A stretch of 63,409 bases of DNA, the filler included, from Kipferlia bialata (lineage: Eukaryota): assembly GCA_003568945.1 (NCBI GenBank). It is 4 parts of 4 records of this genome, joined end to end, with 100 filler letters (N's around TTAATTAATTAA, not from the genome) between each part and the next. Parts side by side here need not be neighbours in the genome. Positions count along the whole stretch, not along the records: positions 22,245 to 44,296 come from BDIP01000307.1; positions 44,397 to 58,471 come from BDIP01000365.1; 2 more parts are not named here. The stretch is one strand, 5' to 3'. Every line of letters starts with the position of its first letter. The first letter of the stretch is position 1. Position numbers and translations under genes: made by a program. Positions 41,270 to 54,250 of this stretch are shown piece by piece. Under the pieces are notes generated by a model that did not search any database, was not told the DNA's origin, and saw nothing but the letters and a program-made list of their open reading frames with translations.

Positions 41270-41721
41270 CAGTCAACCACAGTGGCAAGTCTCTCTGGGA
41301 GTAAGTAACAATTGAATAGTATGAAGAAATAATACTACACTCGTATAGATATCGGATGATATTAAGAAGCTACTTACAGATAAACGTGAATATATACTAA
41401 CCTGTGGGGAGGAGAGGTGCGATGAGGAAGGAGAATCCAACACAATATGTGACAGAAAGGGAGAGAGAAGGAGATAGGCTAAGACACAGCATATATACTT
41501 GTATACATACTAACCTGTGGGAAGGAGTGGTGCGATGAGGAAGGAGAACCCGACGCTGGTGAATGCCCATGCCACAAAGACAATGACGAGGGCAGAGAGA
41601 TCAGAGTCAGCCACAACGTGGATGTCAAAGAGGAAGGCAAAGACAACCTGAGATAAGGGGCTAGAGGGGAGAGAGAGAGGATGTCAAAGAGGAAGGCAAA
41701 GACAACCTGGGATAAGGGGCT

Positions 41722-41755
<34 letters not shown>

Positions 41756-43879
41756 GTCAGATTCAGATCAAGGTGGGTGTCAACGAGGAAGGCAAAGAGG
41801 CCAATAACAATAGTATACAACATGAAACTGCTACTCACCATAATGGTAAAGGACACCAGTGAGAACAGGAAGAAGAACAGGAACATGACTGTGAAGTAGA
41901 CGGGGCGGCCCAGGCCAGAGACCTCCATCTGCTCTCTGATGCGGTGCTAGGGTGAGAAGGGAGGAATATACATGTATACAGAGAGAGAGAGAGGGTTTAT
42001 GAATGAAGGAGAGAGACCTCCATCTGCTAGGGTCTAGGGTCACAGATCCAAATAAATGTATGCGTGTGAATATATAGATTAAGAGAGAAAGAGAGAGAGA
42101 ATGAGTGTTCATACCTGTCTATCCGAGACCAGCTTGACCAGGAAGTAGGGCAGCAGGAGGTGGAGGCAGAAGCCTGGGGGGTAAGTAAATATATATATAT
42201 ATATGTATATATTCAATGAATAATGTATATATCTCGATATACATATATATATGAATGTATGGCAGCAGGAGGTGGAGGCAGAAGCCTAGAGGGTAAGAGA
42301 GATACGCAGTATGTATATATTCAAAGAATAATGTATGTGGTGAGTGGTGTATGGCAGCAGGAGGTGGAGGCAGAAGCCAGGGGGTGAGACATATATATAT
42401 CCGTATATGTCTACAGTATCATCGTATACTACGTACCCAGGACCTCAATAGCACCGAGGTCCATGATGGACATGACAGTATACATAACACCACTGTCTAT
42501 GACAATATACAAGAAGATACTGTACTATAGTACACTACACTATGAATATATATATATACATACTCACCTAGCACCTCAATGGCCCCCAGGTCCATGATGG
42601 ACATGACACCACACTATTCATATATACCTACTCTTACTATCATGATCATACATATAATATACGCACCCAGAACCTCAATAGCACCCAGGTCCATGATGGA
42701 CATGACACTATACATATACATATATATATGCCTACTATAACATATGTCTATAACTATATACACATAAACACATATTATATATATATATATACGTATATAC
42801 ACTGACCTAGCACCTCGATGGCCCCCAGGTCCATGATGGACATGACAGTGTCAGTGTCCTCAGAAGGGAAGGACTGCAGTTAGAACCTACATGTACNNNN
42901 NNNNNNNNNNNNNNNNNNNNNNNNNNNNNNNNNNNNNNNNNNNNNNNNNNNNNNNTATACTAAGAGACAGAGAGAGAGAGAGAGAGAGAGATGACAGTGT
43001 CAGTGTCCTCGGAGGGGAAGGACTGCAGTTAGACGAGAGTATAGACTATTACATGGGAACCGGGAGAGACAAAGAGAGATCGAGACATGACAGTGTCCTC
43101 GGAGGCGAACCTTATATTGTAAGAGAGAGTGATATGCAGTATGACTCAATATATACCTTTCTGCTTCTGGTGATGGCTTCCACACCACTGTCCTCAAAGT
43201 ATGCATTGTGCATCAGATCCATGCCTATGGGTTAACCCGAGATATATATGAACACACTAATACACATAATGTAGGGGGTATACCCCTCTATACCTGCTGT
43301 GACGTATGCACTGGGCAGCTTGGCCAAAAGTATCAGTATGACTATATAGCAAAGAAAATAGTATAGTGTATTCTACAATATGATATGGTATGAATATAGA
43401 GTGTATATATTGTGTATATATATACATACATACCTGCTGTGACGTATGCACTGGGCAGCTTGGCCATGCCGAAGGCATCCGTGTCGGAGTGGTTGAACCT
43501 GGTATCAGACATGTGAAGCTACTATAATGGATGGTAATATACATAAGTATAAATATATATTGACACTAATTAATATGATGTATTGTTATGACACTATATA
43601 CAGAAACCACTCACATGAGAGCGTACTCATATATGTATGTATCACACTATACATATACTTACTCACATGAGTGTGTACTCCAGGGCAGCAGCGGTGGGGA
43701 CCCACATAATATATATATAACTATAAACGACAATACTAGTGGTATATATACACTTAATACATATACTAACTCACATGAGTGTGTACTCCAGGGCAGCTGC
43801 GGTGGGGACAGAGTCTGCGCCATAGCCAATGATGTTCAGAGGGGTGTCATACCACACATCCATGATCTGAAATAAGGGG

Positions 43880-43924
<45 letters not shown>

Positions 43925-44000
43925 GTACGTGGTCATCGATGGCGTCCATGTCAGTGAAGGAGTAGTCCACAGTGACGGCGTCATAGGTGCCAATGTCACC
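35952..44000 (-). CDS. ABC transporter subfamily A (one TMD and one NBD visible), many small exons; 5' end at or near the scaffold end
   Basis: Walker A GPNGSGKTT (exon 38960-39015); GVCPQDDALW; signature and Walker B SGGMKRRLSVAIALIGGADMIFLDE (37611-37692); PTTGLDPQSRRGLWNII; H-loop LLTTHSMEEAEAL; ABCA tail STSLFE|VFLR...EESV* (stop 35952-35954). TM exons read MEVSGLGRPVYFTVMFLFFF and LLLPYFLVKLVSDR. Confidence 0.92.
39372..43110 (-). repeat. Intronic arrays of partial exon-edge copies with their own splice sites (ABCA gene)
   Basis: Examples: 4 extra acceptor+ISLTTDxSGSAIIN copies (39725-40070), 2 DNLHVTYPNP+donor copies (39372-39507) and 3 VMSIMDLGAIEVL+donor copies (42437-42706). Confidence 0.9.
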
Positions 44001-44296
44001 TGGGGTTACTCATTCACCACATATACATACATAGGGAGTATGCTGAGGGAGAAACAGAAAGTATATACCTGAGACATCCTGGATCTCTGGCACTAGGTCT
44101 GCCAGGGTGGATGTGGCATATGCAGAGACAGGGGCAGGCATGAGGGAGTTGGGGGCAAGGAGGAGGGAGGTCACGGCCCAGGACACAGGAACGGCCTTTA
44201 ATCAGGAGAGTGTCATTGATGGGTAACGAAGAGAGCGAGGGGGAGGGGGGGGGGGGGGGGACGACCCATCCTAGCACTGGCACTAGACCAATACAT

Positions 44297-44396
44297 NNNN
44301 NNNNNNNNNNNNNNNNNNNNNNNNNNNNNNNNNNNNNNNNTTAATTAATTAANNNNNNNNNNNNNNNNNNNNNNNNNNNNNNNNNNNNNNNNNNNN
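44297..44396. other. Artificial contig-joining linker
   Basis: N44-TTAATTAATTAA (44341-44352)-N44. Confidence 0.95.
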
Positions 44397-44703
44397 CTGC
44401 TAGCAAGGTATATATCGCCTTCTTACTTCTGCCCCCCCCCCCCCCCTTTCCTCTCTCTCTATATTAATATAGTATTGTACCCTTACACGAGATGAGCATA
44501 ACTTTGCGTTTGTCAACCCAGACACCTGTCTCTCTCTCTCTGTCTCTCTTTCTCTATCTCTGTTTAACAGAGCTGAGAACGATATCGCTCTGGTGAACCC
44601 AGACAGCTCTCTCTCTCTATATATATATATATACAGGTATATACTATACACTATCTCATCATAGGGCCGAGAATGACATAGCCCTTGTCAACCCAGACAG
44701 CTT

Positions 44704-44734
<31 letters not shown>

Positions 44735-46542
44735 GTCTAATACTAGAGCTGAGAATGACATAGCCCTTGTCAACCCAGACACTCTTGACGTGTCCACCCT
44801 TCCTAACGAGTGTGTCAACAGACAGAAGGCAGCAGCAGAGTACGTAGACTCTTTCTATATTATGTATTATATAGATATGTGTGTATATATAAGGAATGTA
44901 GCACATTGAACATGCAATCTCTACAATGTGTGTGTTAGCAGACAGAAGGCAGCGGCAGAGTACGTAATTAGTGTATAGAGAGTGTATATATATGTATATA
45001 TATTTTTCCATATATACTGGCAGAAGGCAGCGGCAGAGTACGTTATATATAGATGTATAGTATATACACGCTAGATATAGTCCCATTTTTGTGTGAATAG
45101 TATATCATAGTAAATTATAGTATATGCTATATCAGTGATATTCTCTCTCTGACTCCCACTCGGTCATTCTTACCAGTAGGCTCTCTCTCTCTCTCTCTCT
45201 CAATATACATAAATATATATTTATATATTTATGTGTTTGTGTAAATAGATACTTACCAATAGGCTCTCCACTGCCTCTAGACTCCTTGAGATCAAGGAAC
45301 TCACACTCTCTCTCAATATACACACACATATATATAAAGAATATAAGAATATATATATATATATATGTGTGTGTGTATTTACCCTAGGCTCTCCACTGCC
45401 TCTAGACTCCTCCAGATCAAGGAGCACTTACTAGAGATGGCAACAGCCGAGAAGCAGCAGGTATTGGTATAATGTATAAATGTGTATATGTATATTCATA
45501 GGAGAGAGGGGGGGGGGGAGAGATTACTTGCGGAAGGTGGAGATGCCCCCGTCTTCCCCCACTAGTGTCTCTCTCCCTCTCTCTTTCTCTCCCTCTACAG
45601 CCTTATACCTGTACATCCTGATATATATATATATACCCTCATATCAGTACATCCTCCAGGCCCAGACCGAGTTGCAGAGATGGGACACCCTGGCCAGTGA
45701 GTATGCTGGGGAGCTGGCAAAGTGAGTATATATACAGTATATATGATATACCTAGACCCTGTAGGATGTATATAAGAAGAGAGAGAGAGAGAGACACCCC
45801 GCTCACCCCCCAGGACCAGCCTTGTCTGTGTCTTCTGCCAGAGGAAGTGCCTGCCAGATACAGGTATGGTATATATCTATATATATACATTCATACAGAT
45901 GATTTGTAGTACATATGGTATATTGAGATTCATACATATGAGTCTTCTGTATAGATGTATATACATACATAGATGAGTGGGTCTGTGTATTTTTGCCAGA
46001 CACAAGTATGCCCAGATATATATGTACGCTGACATACTATACATTTCCTCCTTATATGTACATGGAGAGGGGAAGTGCCCGCTGGACCCGGGGGTGATAT
46101 CTCTCTCTCTCTCTCTCTCCGATAATGCCCTATCCCTCCAACCCATTCTCTCTCTCGCTCGCTCGCTCGCTCTCTTATCCTCAATCAATGCCCCCTGTCC
46201 CTCCAACCCATCCTCTCTCTCTCTCTCTCTGTCACTCTCTATGTACCTTACCCTTCAGTCAATGCCCCCTGTCCCTCCAACCCATCCGACATAGTCAGGG
46301 GCACATTCGATGCAGGTATGCACACTGTATGTAGTATATCTATATATACACATTGTAAGCGGGCTCTAGCAGCTCTTCACAACTGTGCAGTGTTGTAGTA
46401 GAAAGACTGAGTCTATTTCGCTCTCTCTCACTCTCTCACTCTCTCTCTTTCTCACACACCTCCCCTTCTCCTGTCTACCGTTCATTGTTTCTTTCTGTCT
46501 AACCCCTAGGCCGTAGGGCTGAGCCCGTCCTTCAGGCATTCG

Positions 46543-46581
<39 letters not shown>

Positions 46582-46696
46582 TACCTCAAGGCAGAAGGGC
46601 TGAGCCCGTCCTCCAGGCATGCCCTGAGCTGTCGGCACAGGAGGCAGAGGTATATATATACTATATATATATATGTGTATATAATTGTACATACTG

Positions 46697-46729
<33 letters not shown>

Positions 46730-48130
46730 TGGAAGGCATGCCCTGAGCTATCGGCACAGGAGGCAGAGGTATATACACTCTATATATACTATATAAATAC
46801 ACAAAATAGGGATAGAGAGAGAGAGAGAGAGAGAAGTGAAAGGCATGCCCTGAGCTATCGGCACAGGAGGCAGAGGTATATACATTGTATATATNNNNNN
46901 NNNNNNNNNNNNNNNNNNNNNNNNNNNNNNNNNNNNNNNNNNNNTATATACACTATGTATATATGTACATACTGGTAGAGAGAGAGAGAGAGAGAGAGAT
47001 GGAAGGCATGCCCTGAGCTATCGGCACAGGAGGCAGAGGTATGTATATACGTTTATGTTTTGTATCAGTATTGGCGTATAGCCTTTGTTACTTATAGTGA
47101 CTTACTCTTCTGTTCTGTACGAAGTTCTGTTCTGTTACTTATAGTGACTGACTTTTCGTTCTCTTCTTTCGTATTCATTTCCCCTTCTTGCTGGCAAACT
47201 ATGTATCAACGCTTACCTCAGACCTATGTGGGAACCGGGCGCCACCACTTCGTTCCAGCAGGTATATATATATACCAACAAATATACATGTATATATATT
47301 CTGTATGTACTCAATATTTGTAAATATATATACTCAATCTACTATATATATTTCCACTTCGTTCGAGCAGGTATATATATACATGTATAGAGATACCGAA
47401 TATATACTCCAGTTCTCTCTGCTCTGTGGATGTCACTTTGTATTTGTGTCATTTATCATGTCTTTGCATACTCATCTCTAGTCCCTGTCTCCACTGGTAG
47501 GGGTAGTACCTATATATTGATATAACAATATATGTATACATTGAAATAGTGATCTCCCCCTCTCTAACTGTAGCCCCTCTGAGTACTGGTAGATATAGCA
47601 CCTACATATGTATCTAGTATATCTTTACATACTAGACACTATTATTACTACTATATGGTGTATATATAACCTCTCACTCACCCTCAGCCCCTGTGAGCAC
47701 TGGCAGGGACAGCACCTATCTATATATATACATTAATATATATATACTGTATATACTATATATACTATATATACTCACCCTCAGCCCCTGTAAGCACTGG
47801 CAGGGACAGCACAATCGGGGGCAGGGGTGTCTCCCAGTCATCATCTAGGGCATCATCAAACACTAGAGGTGTGTGGTATATATATTATATGCATTAGTAT
47901 ATGTAGAGAGAGAGAGAGAGAATGTGAGGTAGGGGGCTCCGAGTCATCATCAAGAGCGTCCTTTAACAGTAGAGGCAGAGAACCAAGAGAAGACTGTACT
48001 TCAATATCCATGCTGATATATATATATGTGTGTATGTGTGTGTGTGTATTTTCACAACACAATCACCCACCCTAGGCAATGTCGGCTCTGCAGTCAATGC
48101 CAGCGGCATGGGCACAACATGGTGAATAGT
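44397..48130 (+). CDS. Multi-exon hypothetical gene (3' part) with decoy-rich introns
   Basis: Small exons read RAENDIALVNPDTLDVSTLPNECVNRQKAAAE, GSPLPRLLQIKEHLLEMATAEKQQ, YILQAQTELQRWDTLASEYAGELAK and RRAEPVLQACPELSAQEAE, with GT-AG boundaries. No domain recognised; the 3' end is approximate. Confidence 0.55.
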
Positions 48131-48508
48131 CTAGATGCTCTGTGACAAACGTGAGCCTGTCGCACGTGTGGCATGTAATAGATATGTGTAGAACTTGCAA
48201 ATGGGTGTGCTACAGCAGGGAATGGTAAAATTCATACTACATATATATAGTCGTTTATAGATCCAGCTAACAGTGCTTGGACCAGTGATACAGCTATTGT
48301 CACACAACTGATATATAGAGGCGGCTAATTAGTGTTGGATTCTATTTCGTCCCACGAAGTTCGTGGCACGAACTCCCTCCGTAACAAACTTGCGGATCTC
48401 CCTAGCCTTCCTGTGGGCATGTATTCTCCTTGTCTCTCACCTCCTTTTCCTTTCTCTAGTGGATTCAGTGCACTCCTTACTATTTTAGTCCGCTATCGCC
48501 CTTGCTGC

Positions 48509-51500
48509 CTAAATCTCTCCCTGTCTCTCTCTAACGGCTTTGATGATCGCCTTAGCCATCTTGTGCCCCCCTGTTACACTAGGCTCCACTCTCTGCACAT
48601 AGTCAGTAGTGTCACTGCCATCCATAATCTAGAGTCAGCAGTCATAGCATAGTGAGTATTTATACTCATAGCTGCTATGAGTCATAGCATATATAGTCAT
48701 CCAGAGTCAGTGCTGTCACTGCCATCAAGGACCTGGGATGAGATTACGACTAATTAACCTATATATATACTACTAAGAATAATAGTTGAGGCACATAGTC
48801 AGACGGGTCACTGCCATCAAGGACCTAGTGTTAGGAACACCTGTATAGTGAGTATATTGTGTCACTGCCATCAAGCCTCGAGTGTCAGTATCATCCATAT
48901 ATATATTATATAGTATACATATACAATACAGAAATCTGGTTGATATCTTTACATATTAGTATACCATATTCGGTATACCAGAATATCATATCGGTAGGCA
49001 CACCTCATACAGTGGACATGTCACCACATTAGTCCCAACGATAGATATCCGAGTCACAGCCATCTCGTATATCTTTCGAATGACTAGCTGCAGTCTGTAT
49101 GGGTCACTGTCATATCTGGAGTTAGGCAATTTGGCGGCCTAATGGTATATATAGAATATACATACTATATACTATACTGCCATCTAAACCGTATCATACC
49201 TGCTGTTAGCATAATACTGTAAAACTATAATACAAAAGTGTGTCCTGGAAGACGATTATCTGTGTTTGTGCTACACCTTATGTATAGTACAAGAAATGAA
49301 GTATATCTATTGTATGACTATTTGGAGTCTAGAGGGCTCTGTGTCGTACCTAGAATCAGAGATGACAGGGTGACATACAATGGCATTTGATCACTAATCA
49401 AATTTGATTCGCAGTCCACTGAATAGCCACATTGTATTCTCTCAGTTACTCCACACCAGGTACAGTATATCTCAGTAGCAGCATTAGATCTGCATTCTAT
49501 GAAACATAGTATGTTACATACTCCATTCTCTTCAGTACCCAATCTGCCCAGCTGCCCCCAACAGTCACATCGGGGTAGCTCTATAAATATACATAGTGAT
49601 TACAGGTAGAAGACCAATCTTGATAGTGTAAGTGACTCACCCCATGCGCCTTAGCACCCAGTCTGCCCAGCTACCCCCCACTGTCACATCGGGGTAGTGT
49701 ATCATGCACACAACCACCGTCCTGGGCACATGCAATGACACTAGAGTCTCTATATAATCTTGGACTCTGAGAGTAAGTATTAATACACGGCTAATACACA
49801 ATAGAATAATTCTATTAGGATATTTGCTGGACAATAGAATATATATAGCAGTACAACCACTGTATTTGGCACATGTACAGACTCTAGAATCTCAAAGCAC
49901 TCTTGCACCCTGTCTATGAGTAATTCAATAGATGGTAGACATATAGTGTATCTGAATTACAGATACAATGTAAGTCAATGGTATGTAGAGTTTACTTACT
50001 TATCTTTGAATAGTGTATTGGACACTCATTCAATATATGTATACCTGTCTCTAAATAGGGTGACAAAGTGCTGAAGCCCAACTGCTGTGCCATCTTCTAT
50101 AGAGGCCAGAGAGGCTACCGAGAGCAAACAGCCCATATGTGCTACTGTTAGATCCATTTGCGTCACTAAAGTGCTGTGATGTCGTAAGATATCCCATTCA
50201 TGATGTTTCACTCACCTATATGTGATAGCGTTACATAACATGATCTACTATATGAGAATCAACCACCTATTGTTGAGAGTGTTGGGTGAAGTGCAATGTC
50301 GTTGCTACCCACTGACACCACTAGGGTGTCATCAGAGGTGATATGGTCTCGGATGAATCTAATTAGTTAGAGCAATGTCTCCGCTGCACACTGCTGTTGA
50401 AGTGAATAGATATTTAGGTAAAGAGTAATAAATAGTAAATAGTATACCATACTCTTACCTGTCCTGTGAGAAGAGTGTCCCTCGGATGTAAAAATACAAT
50501 ACACATGGGAAATCATTGAGTCCCTACACTGTATCTAATACTCCTGGACAGATACCTATCTTGTGGCAGTAGTACCCCTCCCCTCCGCTGTCTAAGAGTT
50601 GACTCCTCCACTGCTGTGTTGATACACGTGACACCTGGAATAAGGATAGGTGAAAGAGATCAGTTGCTGTTCTTTTTCTGGATACTATATATAGATTTCT
50701 AAATTAGAGACTCTCTAACTCCTCCACTGTTGTGTTGACACACGTGACACCTGGCATAAGTAGATATGATTTGATACAGGTGGCACCTGGTATACGTAGA
50801 TAGGTAATATAATATATTAAATATATCAATCATGGTTCTGACTCTAGATAGTAGGAAGATGCCACTATTTGTTGACTCCTCCACTGCTGTGTTGATACAG
50901 GTGACACCTGGTGTAACTGGAAGAAGTCACTAGGGAGATACTATTGACACGTTGAATAGTATATAATATCTTCTACTGCAGTGTTGATACACGTGACACC
51001 TGGCATAGGTAGATATGAACAATATGACTGGCCGTTACTACTGATGTGTTCACTATACCTAGTTCTACATTAGTGTCACTTAGTCCACGCGGAGCTGCGG
51101 TCGAAAAGTATAATTGTCTGATCATTACAGTACCTTGAATGTTCATCCAATGACACATATCTGGTACTTACATCGGAAAAGAGAGTAGATATAATCTACA
51201 TCTCTCACGGCATAATATCCATACTATGAATACAGTGTTCTATATGTAGTATTACCCTCTTTGTTCATCCAGTAACAGACATCTGGCACAGACAGATGGG
51301 GGAGAGAAAACAATTGATTGCTCTGCCAATACTTGTACCCCAGTAAGTATGGTATAATGATACACTATAATAATATACCTTCAATGTTCATCCAGTAACA
51401 GACATCTGGCACAGACAGTGGGGGAGTATAATCATAAGTACTAACGTATATATACTATGTATACTATATATCACATAGTAATACGTTACCCTCTCTGTTC

Positions 51501-52335
51501 ATCCAGTAGCACACGTCTGGCACAGACAGTAGTGGAGAGACACCACAGACAGGTCATACAGTAGTATTCTACCATACTGCACTATATATACTATAGTCTT
51601 ACCCTCTTTGTTCATCCAGTGACAGACATCCGGTACAGACAGTGGGGGAGAGAGTATACCCTTGTACTGATCAGCGGCGGGTACCCTTGGTGTGTCAAGC
51701 AGCCAGTGCTTGTTGTCTGGGATCAAATGTGTTGTTCTAAACTAGTGAACAGTATATCCTCTATACTCTACCAAGACAGAATAGATGGGGTTACACGCTG
51801 TGTCGCAAGTTGCGACTCGCAACAGAGACAGCAATTTCGTAATACCCGTATTGTGCAGTGAACATGATACCTAAGCTGCTGTCCCCTGCCAGAAACCATA
51901 TGGGCTCTCCTAGGTCTCGCAAGCATGGAACAACCTGGGACAGATGCTCAACCCTAGCATAAGGAGAGAGTGATGAAGCAGGCTTATATATATATGAATA
52001 TCTATGGGTTCTATTATAGAACTTCTATATAGGAGTGTAATGTATGCTAACAACTATCACAACCGATATTCTTCGACGTAAACTACATGTGTGAGTTATA
52101 TGTGAGAGTTACAGTCCGAAGACAGTGTGTGTCCAGTAATTCTGGACCAGAATCGACAGAGAAACACAAAACCTGTGGCGAATGTACTCTAGGTATTAAT
52201 TAGTAGGGCCTAGTGTAGAAGCATTGCAAACATTAATGATACGGTCAAAAGACTTTCATGACTGTGCAACACTATACCTGTGGCCAATGTACTGCAGATA
52301 ATACTCGTCAGAGGGCACACCCATATGCTGAAGGA
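48509..52335 (-). CDS. SGNH/GDSL hydrolase-like protein (multi-exon)
   Basis: The spliced translation gives WFLAGDSSL|DNKHW (block I GDS), GVTCINTAVEESTL, FIRDHITSDDTLVVSVGSNDIAL (block III GxND), VVVCMIHYPD and DYVQRVEPSVTGGHKMAKAII...GEI* (stop 48509-48511). The start codon is not fixed. Confidence 0.75.
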
Positions 52336-53122
52336 AAGAGTGACTGACACACATATACGATATCACACTTCTGCTGTTGAGTTTGTAGGTTTCTTCTCGC
52401 TCTCTACAGCTTTCGTTCTCACGCTATTGCCAGTGTGAAAACATGTGGTTATCACAGACAGAAACAGAACTTAAGGGTGTAGAGGGTCATATCTTTTGGA
52501 AGATGTATCTGTCGCTAGCATCTCTCTCTTCCATATACGGTGTATTGACACTATAACTGGTGGTACAACAGAGTCTTCCAGGGCTGATCTAGGTGAGTGT
52601 GGTGTTGGTATACACACTGTCCTCTCACTCCCACCATGACTAGCATTTAATACTCATCACCTAAATGTATTTCTCTTTCACTCATGTTTGGTGGTCTCTC
52701 TCTCCTAAGCTGTCCCCTCCCCTGTCCTCTTCTCTCCCCCCTCCCCAAGGTTTTATAGACCCCTACCCCCCTCCCGCTCTCACCCACCGTATACCCTTCC
52801 CTCTATGCTCTCACCCCTATTGGCATTCACTCCCCGCTCACCCCTATTGGCATTCACTCCCCCCACATCTTTTCTCCCGTATATCTCCATGATCCTCACT
52901 GATCCCAGGAGTGCTTTCACCAGTACCCGTGGACTGAACGGGCCATAGGAGGTATACATCGTATGTATTTACATACATTTATACACATATACATGTATAG
53001 CAGTGCTGTATTATTTTCCTCCCTTTGCTAGTACATTATTCCAACTCCTGCCCCCCTTTCCCTATGTATGCCTATACACACATATATGTAGCAGTGTTAT
53101 AGTATTTGTCCCAGTACAGTTC

Positions 53123-53222
53123 TATATACATATCTATATACATATCTATATACATATCTATATACATATCTATATACCTATCTATATACCCATCTATATA
53201 CCCATCTATATACATATCTATA
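53123..53222. repeat. 12-bp tandem repeat (TCTATATACATA / TCTATATACCCA)
   Basis: About eight consecutive units read directly; probably intronic. Confidence 0.8.
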
Positions 53223-54250
53223 CTCCTGCCCCCCTTTCCCGATGCTGCCCATACAGTCTCTCCACTGGAGACTCCAGCCCCCCCCCCCCAGAATGTTCAC
53301 ACATCACGCCTATATTCACGACAAGTACAATAACAATATTCATATACATATACATATGAATAGTATACAGTACTATGATCAATATGTGAATTGTTCTAGA
53401 AGTACTGTTGGTACCTGTCTCTCTCTGCCGCTTTGCATCACTTTCTCCCAATCTATCATCATTCACTCCAGGCCCCGTATGTTTCCTATATATTTCTTAT
53501 TTCATTATTATTATTCATACTCTCACTAAGCTGCATGTTCTATTTGTTTCTGTGCGGGGTGGGAATTGATTTCCTCATCATTGCCCCCTCCATATGTACT
53601 GTTACTGATACATAGTCTATTATTTCTTCTAATAATCTATTACTTATTAGCATTGTATCACTACCTGATATCAGATGAGTTCCGCAAGGGAGGCCGTGAA
53701 TGCCTTTAGGTCTTTCTGCAAACAACACCCGCATATGTCTTTTGACGAGGCAATGGATGAGTTCATTGGACAGGTATGCGTTAAAGGAGAAACCGAGGAT
53801 GCACCGATGTTTCTGTAGTGTATTCTTCAGTAATAGAAGTATATATATAATTACAGTGTAGTTGTGAAAATATTGTATACACCCTCCTCTGTGTCTTACT
53901 GCCGTCTCATATACCATATGCAAACTTCAGTGTCAAATGAGACTATTACATATGTAGTATGTGACCCTAGTTGACCCCCCCCCCAACCACTTTCGTGTCA
54001 TCTATATATGTATAAATATAATGATATATACATACATATAGATACTGACCTCCAGTTACCCCCCCAACCACTGCAGTGTGACACTCCCATGTCCTTGGCT
54101 GAGTGGAGAGCCCTGGCTCCAGGTATACATGTACACACACACACTCATATATATATACGTGTGTATGTGTTTGTATACTAATCCAGGGAGTGACAGGCAT
54201 ATATCTTAGTATTTGTATATATATGCATGTATGTATATATACTAATCCAG

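Noticed and set aside
42437..42850. CRISPR-like repeat/spacer appearance of the 30-45 nt repeats
   Set aside because: The repeats are copies of adjacent coding exon ends with splice sites, the spacers are irregular microsatellite-rich intron DNA, there are no cas genes, and the context is eukaryotic.
46945..47045. Extra decoy copy after the N gap
   Set aside because: It nearly duplicates 46680-46770 including intron sequence and abuts a gap, so it may be an unmerged overlap; not counted as evidence.
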